Counted from the first letter of the stretch, positions 50,278 to 60,057 are shown. The stretch is DNA of 61,349 bases from Chloroflexota bacterium (GCA_026389585.1 JAPLHP010000075.1:1-61349); one strand, 5' to 3'. A program made the numbers and translations. Notes: generated by a model not told the origin, from the letters alone.

Positions 50278-52980
50278 TTGGAAAAGAAGAACTGGTACAG
50301 CCTGACAGCAGAAGAAACCATTAAAACCTTGAGTTCAAGCCTGCAGGGTTTGAGCCGTGAGGAAGTGCAACGCCGTGTAGCTCAGTTTGGTCCTAATGAG
50401 CTGGTGGAAAAGAAACGCGTTGCCGCATGGCTGATGTTCCTGGAGCAATTCAAAAACTTCCTGGTCATTATCCTCCTCGTTGCGGTGGTCTTGTCTGCCA
50501 TCAGAGGTGAGGTGGCTAGCGCAGTTGTCATTCTGGCCATTGTGGTTTTTGCGACTGCCCTGGGCTTTGTTCAGGAGTACCGGGCGGAGCGGGCGATGGA
50601 TGCCCTTAAGAAAATGGCTGCACCTACAGCGACTGTGCTAAGAGATGGGCGGGAAACAGAGGTTCCCGCCAGAGAATTGGTGCCCGGGGACATATTCCTC
50701 CTCAGTACTGGTGATCGGATACCGGCCGATGCCCGACTCGTTCAGGCCATCAACCTCAAGACAGACGAAGCGCCTCTGACTGGAGAGAGTATCCCCGTAG
50801 AGAAAATCACCGCAACCTTGCCGGGCGAATTGAACGTGGGTGAAAGAGAAAACATGGTATTTGCCGGAACGGTGGTTGTTTATGGTCGGGGCATGGCTAT
50901 TGTCACCGCTACTGGCATGACTACCGAGTTCGGCAAGATTGCCGCCATGCTGCAGGAAGTCAAGTCGGAGAAGACTCCACTCCAGGCTAATCTTGATCGC
51001 ATCGGGAAGTGGATAGGCATTGGGGCCTTAGTCTTGAGCTTTGTTTTGGCCGGGGTTGGTATTTGGCGGGGGCAAGGAGTTACCGAGATGTTCCTCTGGG
51101 GCATAAGTCTGGCTGTGGCTGTTGTCCCTGAAGCCCTGCCTGCTGTAGTCACCATCTGCCTGTCACTGGGGGTCCGCAGGATGCTGCGGCGCCATGCCCT
51201 GGTGAGGAAGATGGCAGCAGTGGAAACCCTGGGCTGCACCACATTCATTTGTTCCGATAAAACCGGTACGCTTACCCAGAACCAGATGACGGTGCGCCGT
51301 CTTCATGTGGGTGGCAGATTCATTGACGTCACCGGGATCGGTTACGAACCTAAAGGGGAATTCCACCATGACGGCATCTCTCTCAACCCCGATCAATCCA
51401 CGGCTTTGCAGATGTTGCTCCGTATAAGTGCTCAATGCAACGACGCTTCTTTGGCCTCACTCAATAACGCATGGCATATCAATGGCGATCCCACAGAGGG
51501 TGCTCTGGTGACGTTAGCTGCCAAGGCTGGTTTGTGGCAACAAGACCTTAACAAGCAATTCCCTCGCCTTCAAGAAATCCCCTTTTCTTCCGAGACAAAA
51601 AGGATGACCACAATTCACCAGACACCCGCAGGGGGGGTTGCCTATTCCAAAGGGGCACCGGAATCGATTCTGGATTCTTGCAGCCACATCTACGTTGACG
51701 ATCAGGAAAGAGAGCTGACCAGAGAGGGCAAGGATAGAATCCTTTCCATAGCTCAAGTGATGGCAGGTGAAGCCCTGCGGGTCCTGGGCATGGCCTACAA
51801 GCGGCTTCCTGATGCGGAAGCGGGCGGGACAGTGGAAAGGGATATGGTCTTTGTCGGTCTGATTGGAATGATTGACCCGCCGCGAGAAGAAGTCAGGGAG
51901 GCGATAAAGCTCTGCGACGAAGCGGGCATAAAGTCAGTGATGATAACTGGTGACCATAGACTGACTGCTGTTGCCATCGCGAAGGAATTAGGTTTGCTTA
52001 AGGGGGGCGTTGTCCTTAGCGGCACTGAACTGGATGGCTTGAGCGATACAGAATTTGAATCTTTGGTAGAAAAAATAGAGGTCTATGCGCGGGTTTCGGC
52101 TGCCCATAAACTGCGCGTTGTCGAAGCCTTGCACAAGAGAGGCCATGTTGTGGCTATGACCGGAGACGGGGTGAATGATGCCCCGGCTTTGAAGCAAGCT
52201 GACATCGGAGTGGCTATGGGGATTACCGGTACGGATGTTACCAAGGAAGCAGCAGCTATGGTGCTCACTGATGACAACTTCGCCTCAATTGTGGCGGCAG
52301 TAGAGGAAGGGAGAGGCGTAGTTGATAACATCAAAAAGTATCTCATGTACCTTTTCTCCGGGAACATGGGAGAGGTACTGGCATTGGCAATTGCACTTCT
52401 GGCGGGGACACGCCTGGGATTGAAAGCTAGTGATTTACCTCTCGTGGCGGCGCAGATCCTGTTCATAAACCTGATCGGTGATGGATTGGCAGCCGTTGCT
52501 CTGGCAGTGGATCCGCCAACGCCCGACCTCATGAAACGACGGCCTTTGCAGCTTAAGGATGTGATGTTTTCCCGCTCCGTCCTCGGGTTTACTGTTGGCA
52601 GTGCGATATGGACAGGGGGGGTAACACTGGGCAGTTTCGTCTGGGCAATCGATTCGGGAAGGAGCCTGGTTGAGGCACAGTGCATATGCTTTGTCACTCT
52701 GTTGCTTACCAGGCTGGTGCATGCCTTCAATTCGCGTTCCGAAAAGCGCTCTCTGTTTGAAATCGGTCTTTTTACCAATAGGTGGCTATGGGCGGCAGTA
52801 GGACTCTCCCTTGGACTAACAACGCTGGTTATCTATGTGCCACCTCTGCAGAGTCTGTTCAAGACCTTCTCGATGACGGCGAAGGACTGGGGGGTATGCT
52901 TGGGATTTGCCTTAACGATTCTAGTTGCGGTGGAGGTAGCCAAGGTCCTCCGGCGGTGGTGGGAGGGGCGGTTATCCTGA
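50278..52980 (+). CDS. cation-transporting P-type ATPase (type II, Ca2+/Mg2+-like)
   Basis: ICSDKTGTLT, MITGD and MTGDGVNDAPAL, 10 TM architecture, TTG start. Confidence 0.92.
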   Translation: MEKKNWYSLTAEETIKTLSSSLQGLSREEVQRRVAQFGPNELVEKKRVAAWLMFLEQFKNFLVIILLVAVVLSAIRGEVASAVVILAIVVFATALGFVQEYRAERAMDALKKMAAPTATVLRDGRETEVPARELVPGDIFLLSTGDRIPADARLVQAINLKTDEAPLTGESIPVEKITATLPGELNVGERENMVFAGTVVVYGRGMAIVTATGMTTEFGKIAAMLQEVKSEKTPLQANLDRIGKWIGIGALVLSFVLAGVGIWRGQGVTEMFLWGISLAVAVVPEALPAVVTICLSLGVRRMLRRHALVRKMAAVETLGCTTFICSDKTGTLTQNQMTVRRLHVGGRFIDVTGIGYEPKGEFHHDGISLNPDQSTALQMLLRISAQCNDASLASLNNAWHINGDPTEGALVTLAAKAGLWQQDLNKQFPRLQEIPFSSETKRMTTIHQTPAGGVAYSKGAPESILDSCSHIYVDDQERELTREGKDRILSIAQVMAGEALRVLGMAYKRLPDAEAGGTVERDMVFVGLIGMIDPPREEVREAIKLCDEAGIKSVMITGDHRLTAVAIAKELGLLKGGVVLSGTELDGLSDTEFESLVEKIEVYARVSAAHKLRVVEALHKRGHVVAMTGDGVNDAPALKQADIGVAMGITGTDVTKEAAAMVLTDDNFASIVAAVEEGRGVVDNIKKYLMYLFSGNMGEVLALAIALLAGTRLGLKASDLPLVAAQILFINLIGDGLAAVALAVDPPTPDLMKRRPLQLKDVMFSRSVLGFTVGSAIWTGGVTLGSFVWAIDSGRSLVEAQCICFVTLLLTRLVHAFNSRSEKRSLFEIGLFTNRWLWAAVGLSLGLTTLVIYVPPLQSLFKTFSMTAKDWGVCLGFALTILVAVEVAKVLRRWWEGRLS

Positions 52981-53128
52981 GCGCGCAACCAGGGCCTCTG
53001 GGGGGATCTGGATCGAGTGTGCAAGAATGGCTCGGTTCTGTTCGATAAAGGTTGGTGGTGATGGACTTTCCCTCATGACTGCTTATCAAAATCAACCTCA
53101 ACCGAACAGAACCCTCACCTTAGATACG

Positions 53129-53159
53129 TTGACAACATTATAACAATATTGTTATAATG
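53129..53159 (+). promoter_or_regulatory. consensus promoter overlapped by a 24-bp perfect palindrome (TA operator candidate)
   Basis: TTGACA (53129-34), an 18-nt spacer, TATAAT (53153-58). The palindrome CATTATAACAATATTGTTATAATG spans 53136-53159. Confidence 0.65.
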
Positions 53160-53160
53160 A

Positions 53161-53295
53161 CGGGCATGGTGTGGGGGATCGAGAGGGGTATTCATTCTCC
53201 TCCACGGATTCATGAAGAAGTCGGGGCGAATCCCCCAACAAGACTTGCGAACGGCCAGGGATAGACGGACCGAGTTTCTGACGAGAAGGAGATGA
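53161..53295 (+). pseudogene. Gp49/HigB-like toxin remnant (internal deletion plus frameshift)
   Basis: ATG 53166 gives MVWGIE, a typical toxin N-terminus. A shifted frame gives VFILLHGFMKKSGRIPQQDLRTARDRRTEFL, a typical C-terminus, ending in an ATGA overlap with the antitoxin region. About 60 central codons are absent. Confidence 0.55.
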
Positions 53296-53297
53296 TC

Positions 53298-53600
53298 ATG
53301 AACTGGAAAGAACACAAGAAGCAACTTATGAAGGATCCTGAGTTCAGGAATGAATACGAGGCCTTGGAGCCGGAGTATAAGCTTGCCAGTGACTTGATCC
53401 GGTTGCGGCTATCCAAGGGATTGACTCAAGAAGAGCTCGCCAGAAAGGTGCATACCAAACAGTCAGCCATAGCTCGATTGGAGAGCGCCGGTTCTCTACC
53501 TTCACTCTCAACTGTCAAGAGAGTGGCTGAAGCCCTCGACGCCGATCTTGATATCGTGATTCGGCCTAAGACACGCTCGTCAGCTCGCGTCGCCCGATAG
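53298..53600 (+). CDS. XRE family HTH antitoxin-like protein
   Basis: LRLSKGLTQEELARKVHTKQSAIARLE. AAGGAG lies 6 nt upstream of ATG 53298 (the track start is 53292). Confidence 0.8.
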   Translation: MNWKEHKKQLMKDPEFRNEYEALEPEYKLASDLIRLRLSKGLTQEELARKVHTKQSAIARLESAGSLPSLSTVKRVAEALDADLDIVIRPKTRSSARVAR

Positions 53601-53765
53601 CCTATGTTCGCGTAAGCTGCCTGGGCCTCGTCCCTTGGTCCAGCCGCCCTCCCCATCTTGGTGTTGCCGCACACGTCTGTCTAGGTCAGTAGTGAAGCCA
53701 ATATAGATCTGACCTTTAAGGTTACGCAAGACATCTACGAAGTACACAGCTATTTCCAGAGACAA
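53580..53765 (-). pseudogene. GIY-YIG nuclease domain gene, C-terminally truncated
   Basis: VYFVDVLRNLKGQIYIGFTTDLDRRVRQHQDGEGGWTKGRGP is the N-terminal two thirds of a small GIY-YIG protein. The reading frame then runs into the converging antitoxin gene. Confidence 0.5.
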
Positions 53766-53781
53766 GTTATTGGAATGAAGC

Positions 53782-53856
53782 TGGCTCCCCGAGCAGGATT
53801 CGAACCTACAACCTAGCGGTTAACAGCCGCCCGCTCTACCATTGAGCTATCGGGGA
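53782..53856 (-). tRNA. tRNA-Asn (GTT)
   Basis: Reverse complement TCCCCGATAGCTCAATGGTAGAGCGGGCGGCTGTTAACCGCTAGGTTGTAGGTTCGAATCCTGCTCGGGGAGCCA folds as a cloverleaf. Anticodon loop CTGTTAA. Confidence 0.92.
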
Positions 53857-54137
53857 ACGTTACTGGACGCTTATTTTACACCAATTTCAGTGCCTGTGAA
53901 AGTACGGTGCGGGCAAGCATCCTTACCGGAGTCAGATAGAGTTGTCCTGGCAGCCACTTTATGAAAGGGGGTTAATTGGTTCAATGTGTTCACCCGCCGT
54001 GCGTTTGGATATGGTGACATGGTCATGTGCTGGGGACGAAGGATGTAATACAAAGGCGTAGGTGGGGAGCCTGACCCTATGGCTCGTGCTTGACAGGCTG
54101 AAGGTGTTGAGCTATGTTATACCTATAGGGTGTAAAG

Positions 54138-54434
54138 GTGGAGATAGAATTCTCGTCAAACCGTCTGGCCAATGCAAGTGTGAATCTTTCAGAGGCTACC
54201 CGGCTTTTCGGCGTTCCAATCGGGCGAAGGTATATTCAACGGCTGACAGTTCTGAGAGCTACGGAGAAATTCACTCATCTGTACGGGCACCGGGCGTTGC
54301 TGTTGCACGCTTTGAAAGGCAATCGCGCTGGGCAGTACTCGATGACTCTCACCGGGAACTATCGGCTTATTGTCGAGAAGGTTCAAGAAGACAAAGTGCG
54401 CATTATGGATGTGGAGGATTACCATGGTGACTAA
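54138..54434 (+). CDS. higB: HigB-type (plasmid maintenance killer) toxin
   Basis: LKGNRAGQYSMTLTGNYRLIVEK..VRIMDVEDYH. Confidence 0.85.
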   Translation: MEIEFSSNRLANASVNLSEATRLFGVPIGRRYIQRLTVLRATEKFTHLYGHRALLLHALKGNRAGQYSMTLTGNYRLIVEKVQEDKVRIMDVEDYHGD

Positions 54435-54711
54435 GACTGATGCTTATCCTGATGTTGCTATCCCTCCTGGAGAGTATTTGGCGGAGGAACTAAAGGCGCG
54501 AGGCATGTCTCAGAAGGAATTGGCGAGATGTATGGGACGGCCGCTAAACGCGCTAAATGAGATTATCCACGGGAAGAAAGCCATCACCGCCGAGACTGCC
54601 CTGCAACTTGAGGATGTCATGCCGGAGATACCCGCACGGTTCTGGCTGAATCTGGAGACTGACTACCAGCTTACCAAGGTGTTGATAAACAAGCGCACCA
54701 AGACTGCGTAG
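54424..54711 (+). CDS. higA: HigA family antitoxin (HTH)
   Basis: IPPGEYLAEELKARGMSQKELARCMGRPLNALNEIIHGKKAITAETAL. GGAGGA lies upstream, and the gene overlaps the higB stop. Confidence 0.88.
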   Translation: MVTKTDAYPDVAIPPGEYLAEELKARGMSQKELARCMGRPLNALNEIIHGKKAITAETALQLEDVMPEIPARFWLNLETDYQLTKVLINKRTKTA

Positions 54712-55105
54712 TCTCCCCTCGTTACTCCACTCAACCAGTGGCAACCATCATGCCCCAACCGGCGAGAACAGACACACCCAGGAATGAGCTAATCCTGCAA
54801 CGCCTGATGAACTGATATCAGTCGTCGCAGCACTGCCCGGAATGGGCCTCTGTGACCCATTGAATGAAACAGGCTTCTGTGACCTATCTGGTCGCGAGAC
54901 GTGATGGCCTGAACGAAACGAGACTTCAAGACGTCGCTATGTGGCTGTCATAGCACAAATTGCTCTCGAACCCCATGGAGACCAAGTGCCTCAAAGGCGC
55001 TGACAATATGCACCCACTGACCACGTACAGGCGCCGGACTGACACCACCGAAACGCTGGCGGGTTTCGCTGTCAACCCGACAATTGTTCGTTTAGAGGAG
55101 CATTA

Positions 55106-55771
55106 TCAGAAACCCTTGAGGTGCACGACCTCTGAAAGTGAGCGGCGCGGGCTGCGGAACCTGTTTCCAGGATTGTTTGGGTCATTGGAGCCGAGCGCTA
55201 TCCCAATGATGATTGACAGATCGTCAGGGATTTCCAAATGAGCCCGGATCAGATCGGGATAGGCCACCAGCATAACCGCCACTGCCGTATCCAGGCCATT
55301 GTCTCTGGCTGCCAGCATGATGCTCTGAGACAACGACCCGAGATCGAATACCGACCACGGAGTGAGGGCGCGATTCATGCATAGATAAATCACGACCGGA
55401 GCACCGAAGAATTTGTGGTTGGCCTGCATCATGGTCTTTCGCCCAGCACTGTCATCACGGGCAATCCCAAGGAGTTGCGAACGTCTGTCCATTAGATCCT
55501 CTGTACGCTTTTGCAAGGCAAGAGGCCATGATTGTGGGCGAGGAAGGTCCGGATGGCCTGCCGCTTGTTCTTGGAGATTCTTCAAATACGCTTGGCGCAA
55601 TCGTTCCAGCACCTCACCGCTGGCAACGTAGATTTCCCAAGGCTGCGTGTTGGCCCACGAAGGGGCTCGCGTGGCGGCTTCGAGAATCTTCAGCACCGTC
55701 TCTTTGCTTACTGGGTCAGGTTTGAAAGCTCGGCAGCAGTATCGGGAATTGAGCGCATCAATAGTATTCAT
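55106..55771 (-). CDS. nitroreductase family protein
   Basis: RYCCRAFKPDPVSKE..ATRAPSWANTQPW. Confidence 0.85.
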   Translation of the reverse strand: MNTIDALNSRYCCRAFKPDPVSKETVLKILEAATRAPSWANTQPWEIYVASGEVLERLRQAYLKNLQEQAAGHPDLPRPQSWPLALQKRTEDLMDRRSQLLGIARDDSAGRKTMMQANHKFFGAPVVIYLCMNRALTPWSVFDLGSLSQSIMLAARDNGLDTAVAVMLVAYPDLIRAHLEIPDDLSIIIGIALGSNDPNNPGNRFRSPRRSLSEVVHLKGF

Positions 55772-55817
55772 AGATAACCTCCCAATCGGCTTGATTCATT
55801 ATGGCTGAGCTTTGGCG

Positions 55818-56132
55818 CTATTTTACTTCTCCTCCTGAAGAAGTGTCATCCTTTGTTGTGGCATTTGCTGACTTGTCCTTTAGCAAAGCTATGCCGAGAA
55901 GACCTATGGGGCTAAGCAGACCCCATAACACAAAAAGCCAATGTCTATTCTTCATGGATGTCCAGAGATAACAGCCCCACAATGTCAGACAGATACCCAG
56001 AAATCCTAGTAAGGGCAAAGCCCGGTAGTTTGTGTTGGCATAGTGCATATAGTAATACGACAGATATGTTACGACAAGCCCAAGCATTATCGAAACTGTT
56101 CTTAACAGAGCCTGACCTTTGTTAGTTGTCAT
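55818..56132 (-). CDS. small membrane protein (3 TM), unknown function
   Basis: MTTNKGQALLRTVSIMLGLVVTYL.. has three hydrophobic helices. The track ORF start at 56285 is probably over-extended. Confidence 0.45.
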   Translation of the reverse strand: MTTNKGQALLRTVSIMLGLVVTYLSYYYMHYANTNYRALPLLGFLGICLTLWGCYLWTSMKNRHWLFVLWGLLSPIGLLGIALLKDKSANATTKDDTSSGGEVK

Positions 56133-56365
56133 CTTTCTCCGAGTGCGTTTCCGCCGATAAGGCCGATATGTCAGGGTGCAAGCACCACGTGACGGAAATC
56201 CTCTGGCATATTCTACCTCGTGTATATATGGTCGGCAAGGATGGGGCAGTTTGAAGGGGGGTGAAGCTATGCAGGCGCACTGCATGCCAGTAGTTCCAAC
56301 CCTTGAGGTGCTACAATGATCGGGAACTGCCTGATATTGTCAAAGATGCCGTGGAGTGAGGAAGA

Positions 56366-57514
56366 ATGAATAGGTCAAAGGTGGCCCTGGTAAGATGCGA
56401 TACATACGATCAAAAGGCTGTGTATGAGGCTGTCCAGAAAGGATTGAACCTTATTGGGGGAGTCTCCAGCCTCGTGAAATCCGGCGAGAGAATCGTGATG
56501 AAACCGAACGTCCTCTATGGCACTAATCCTGAGAAGGGCGTATCAACGCATCCCTCAGTTTTGAGGGCGGTCGGGATGCTGCTCCAGGAAGCGGGCGCGA
56601 GCGTTTTCTACGGTGATTCTCCCAGTTTCGGAAGAGCTGAGAGCCACATGAAAAGAGCTGGCTTGAAGCAGGTTGCTGATGAGCTGGCAATCCAATTGGC
56701 CGATTTTGATAAAGGGAGGACTGTCAGCCACAAGGGTTCACTCTTGATTAAGAGCTTCGTGATTGCCAATGGAGTGTTGGACTCAGATGGCCTGGTCAAT
56801 CTACCGAAGCTGAAGACTCACCCGCTCGTTCGATTCACGGGCGCTGTCAAGAACCAATTTGGATGTGTCCCCGGCCTTCTTAAGAGCCAATATCATGTGA
56901 AGTTGCCCGACCCATACGACTTCGCCACCATGCTGGTCGATTTGAATACGCTCGTAAGATCGCGTTTCTGCGTCATGGATGGCATTGTGGCCATGGAGGG
57001 GAATGGACCGAGAAGCGGGAAACTAAGAGAACTCAACGTCCTGTTGTTTTCCAGCGATCCAATAGCCCTGGATGCCATAGCTTGCAGAATCATGAACCTT
57101 GATCCAGAAGTCGTGCCAACATCAAAGTTGGGCGAAAAAGCGGGATTGGGAACCTACCACAGCGACAACATAGAACTTGTCGGCGAGAGGATAGATTCTT
57201 TCACGTGTGATGATTTCGATGTCATTCAGACTCCTCCCGACCACTGCAATAGAGGCAGGGTGAGAACCTTCATCAAGAACCGGCTGTGCGAAAGGCCAGC
57301 CATAAATAGAGTAAGGTGCACCAACTGTGGGACATGCGTCAAGATGTGTCCGGTCGAACCGAAAGCTGTGGACTGGCGCAAGGGTGACAAAACCAAGCTG
57401 CCGACGCATAGGTATGACCGTTGTATTCGTTGCTACTGCTGCCAGGAAGCCTGCCCGGAGGGGGCAGTCTTTGTAGAGAATACTCTATTGGGCAGAACCC
57501 TCTTCCGCGTTTGA
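56366..57514 (+). CDS. DUF362 domain protein with C-terminal 4Fe-4S ferredoxin domain
   Basis: VALVRC..IVMKPNV, the typical DUF362 N-terminus. CTNCGTCVKMCP and CIRCYCCQEACP. Confidence 0.8.
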   Translation: MNRSKVALVRCDTYDQKAVYEAVQKGLNLIGGVSSLVKSGERIVMKPNVLYGTNPEKGVSTHPSVLRAVGMLLQEAGASVFYGDSPSFGRAESHMKRAGLKQVADELAIQLADFDKGRTVSHKGSLLIKSFVIANGVLDSDGLVNLPKLKTHPLVRFTGAVKNQFGCVPGLLKSQYHVKLPDPYDFATMLVDLNTLVRSRFCVMDGIVAMEGNGPRSGKLRELNVLLFSSDPIALDAIACRIMNLDPEVVPTSKLGEKAGLGTYHSDNIELVGERIDSFTCDDFDVIQTPPDHCNRGRVRTFIKNRLCERPAINRVRCTNCGTCVKMCPVEPKAVDWRKGDKTKLPTHRYDRCIRCYCCQEACPEGAVFVENTLLGRTLFRV

Positions 57515-57673
57515 TATACCTGCCTGATTAGGTATGTAGACTCTCTATGGCTACCATTGAACGAAACAAGCGAATGTCAAAACTGTGACCACGTGGCTTG
57601 CCCAAATCCCCGATCGTTTCCTGGATTTGATATAATCGGACCGAGAACGGTGTGCCATGTGTGAGAGGACGTG

Positions 57674-57727
57674 ATGGCCAAGATACTCGTCGGCACTTGC
57701 TCCTGGACTGATCCACTCTCCTGCTAA
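57674..57727 (+). pseudogene. DUF72 family gene, 17-codon N-terminal fragment
   Basis: MAKILVGTCSWTDPLSC then a stop. VGTxxW is the characteristic DUF72 start. A related fragment of the upstream region recurs at 54855-54912. Confidence 0.4.
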
Positions 57728-57861
57728 GTAGAAATACCTCTAACTCTCGAAAATCCGTTGGCCTGGGTGAGCACACCCCTGTGCGTGCCCCTGCAAAAAT
57801 CCGTTGGCCTACAACCATGATTTGTTGCGACTTCCATCCCGTTTTCCCCTCACGACTGGTG

Positions 57862-57932
57862 CTGCCGAGCCAGGATTCGAACCTGAGCTAAGGGATCCAA
57901 AGTCCCCTGTGCTACCACTACACCACTCGGCA
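57862..57932 (-). tRNA. tRNA-Gln (TTG), CCA not encoded
   Basis: Reverse complement TGCCGAGTGGTGTAGTGGTAGCACAGGGGACTTTGGATCCCTTAGCTCAGGTTCGAATCCTGGCTCGGCAG. It has a U1-A72 pair, a G73 discriminator and anticodon loop CTTTGGA. Confidence 0.85.
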
Positions 57933-57978
57933 CCGCTGATGTTTGGATTATAGCTAAAAACGTCATCTGGGGCAATTG

Positions 57979-58350
57979 GTGCCTTCGCTCAGGGTGACAA
58001 ACCGCCCGAATGTCATTCCCGCGAAAGCGGGAATCCAGGGTCGTAGGGGTGGTTCGCGAACCGCCCCCCCCCGTGTCATTGCGAGGAGTCCCTCTTCAGA
58101 GGGACGACGAAGCAATCCCGGCCCTGAGCTATCAGCCATCCTTCCGCGGAAGGTTGTGTGGCTGTCGGGTCCCCGACCCGACGCGGTGTGGTGCGGTCAG
58201 ACGAATGTGTGGATTGCCGCGCCTTCTCCTCGCTTGGCTTGGAGAAAGGCTCGCAATGACATGATGGGGCGTGCATGGTCGCTCCATCTTGTAGGGACTC
58301 TGTCCGAGGTCTGAAACTGGAGATTAGTGGACAGAGTCCCTACTGAGGGG
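57979..58350. repeat. mosaic palindromic repeat cluster (inverted relative to 48.6 kb)
   Basis: Reverse complements of the 48.7 kb units: CCTTCGCTCAGGGTGACAAACCGCCCGAATGTCATTCCCGCGAAAGCGGGAATCC and GAGTCCCTCTTCAGAGGGACGACGAAGCAATC. Also a 15-bp-stem hairpin, GTAGGGACTCTGTCC..GGACAGAGTCCCTAC. Confidence 0.85.
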
Positions 58351-58434
58351 TTTCTCCTCAACCCGCAGCGCGGGCATTTATGAGCCGTTCAGCATGATAT
58401 AGCATGGTATAATGATCGCAAGCTTTGGACGAGG

Positions 58435-60057
58435 TTGGTGAGGTTGGTGAATTTGACTCAAATTCAGCTTTATGATACGACCCTGAGGGATGGGGCGCAG
58501 CAGGGCGGCATCTCCTTCTCTGCGGAGGACAAACTGAAGATTGCGCGGAAGCTGGACGAACTGGGGGTCCATTTCATTGAGGGTGGCTGGCCGGGCTCGA
58601 ATCCCAAAGACGCAGAGTTCTTCGAGAGGGCCAGGGAGCTTTGCCTCTCCCAGGCAGTTCTGGCTTCGTTTGGCAGCACCAGGCGGCCGAACAGCAAAGC
58701 AAGCCATGACCCCAATCTTAATGCCCTGGTCAGCGCTGGAACCAGGGTGGCAACGCTGGTAGGCAAGAGCTGGGATGGTCAGGTGATCCGCGTCCTGGAG
58801 ACGACGCTAGAGGAAAATCTGGCTATGATCACTGACTCGATAGATTACCTCAAGTCGAAGGGGTTGAGGGTCTTCCTTGACGCCGAGCACTTCTTTGATG
58901 GCTACAAATCGAATCCTGAATATGCATTGCAGACAATTAAGGCGGCTGACAGGGCGGGGGCAGATTGCGTTGTCCTCTGTGATACCAACGGTGGTTCGCT
59001 CCCTCATGAGGTAGCTTCGATAGTTCAAGCGGCGCGAAGGGAGGTAGCCTGCCCCCTCGGAATCCATGCCCACAACGATGGTGAGCTGGCGGTGGCGAAT
59101 AGCCTGACGGCCGTGCTGGCCGGGGCCGTCCAGGTTCAGGGAACGATCAATGGCTATGGGGAACGCTGTGGCAACGCTAACCTCTGTTCCATTATCCCGG
59201 CTCTGGAGCGCAAGATGGGCGTGTCTTGTCTGGGTGATGAGAGACTGAGGAAACTGACCGAAGTCTCCCGCTTTGTAAGCGAGCTGGCCAATCTGCGGCC
59301 CTTTCCAAGGCAGCCCTATGTTGGGACAAGGGCCTTTGCCCACAAGGCCGGGCTCCATGTCTCGGGGATGAGCAAATGGGAGGAGAGCTATCAGCATATC
59401 GATCCCGAGCTAGTGGGCAACCGGAGTGATGTGCTGGTCTCGGAGCTCTCCGGCGTAAGCAATATCGTTCATAAGGCTAAGGAGCTGGGGTTGCTGCTTT
59501 CCCGTGGTGAAGAAGCGCGCCGTATTCTGGAGCATGTCAAGCTGATGGAAAGCCGCGGCTTTCAGTATGAGGAGGCCGAGGCCTCATTTGAATTGCTGGT
59601 GCATCGGGCCCAGCCGGATTATGTACCTCCCTTTGAGCTGGTCGATTTTATGGTGGTGGTGGAGAGCCGGCGGCGCCCTGCCGCCAGCGGTGGGGAGATA
59701 CTGGCGGAAGCCACAGTCAAGGTAAAGGTAGGTGGGGAGGTGATCCACACGGCCTCCGAGGGGGATGGGCCGGTGAATGCCCTGGACATGGCGCTGCGCA
59801 AGGCACTTGCCTGGTTCTATCCCGGCGTAGCCAGGGTCAAGCTGGTGGACTACAAGGTTCGCATTCTTGATGAGAGCGCGGGCACCGAGTCCCAGGTGAG
59901 GGTGCTGATTGAATCCGGCGATGGTGAGCATCAGTGGAGAACAGTGGGCAGCTCCACCAATATCATCGAGGCGAGCTGGCTGGCGCTGGCTGACAGCCTG
60001 GAATACTGGCTGATCCAGAAGGCGAAGGGTCTCCCCTCAGTAGGGACAGACCTTTAG
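58435..60057 (+). CDS. cimA: citramalate synthase (2-isopropylmalate synthase family)
   Basis: LYDTTLRDGAQ, GVHFIEGGWPGSNPKD, HAHND and a C-terminal LeuA-dimer-like regulatory domain. The exact start (TTG/GTG near 58435-58450) is uncertain. Confidence 0.88.
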   Translation: MVRLVNLTQIQLYDTTLRDGAQQGGISFSAEDKLKIARKLDELGVHFIEGGWPGSNPKDAEFFERARELCLSQAVLASFGSTRRPNSKASHDPNLNALVSAGTRVATLVGKSWDGQVIRVLETTLEENLAMITDSIDYLKSKGLRVFLDAEHFFDGYKSNPEYALQTIKAADRAGADCVVLCDTNGGSLPHEVASIVQAARREVACPLGIHAHNDGELAVANSLTAVLAGAVQVQGTINGYGERCGNANLCSIIPALERKMGVSCLGDERLRKLTEVSRFVSELANLRPFPRQPYVGTRAFAHKAGLHVSGMSKWEESYQHIDPELVGNRSDVLVSELSGVSNIVHKAKELGLLLSRGEEARRILEHVKLMESRGFQYEEAEASFELLVHRAQPDYVPPFELVDFMVVVESRRRPAASGGEILAEATVKVKVGGEVIHTASEGDGPVNALDMALRKALAWFYPGVARVKLVDYKVRILDESAGTESQVRVLIESGDGEHQWRTVGSSTNIIEASWLALADSLEYWLIQKAKGLPSVGTDL

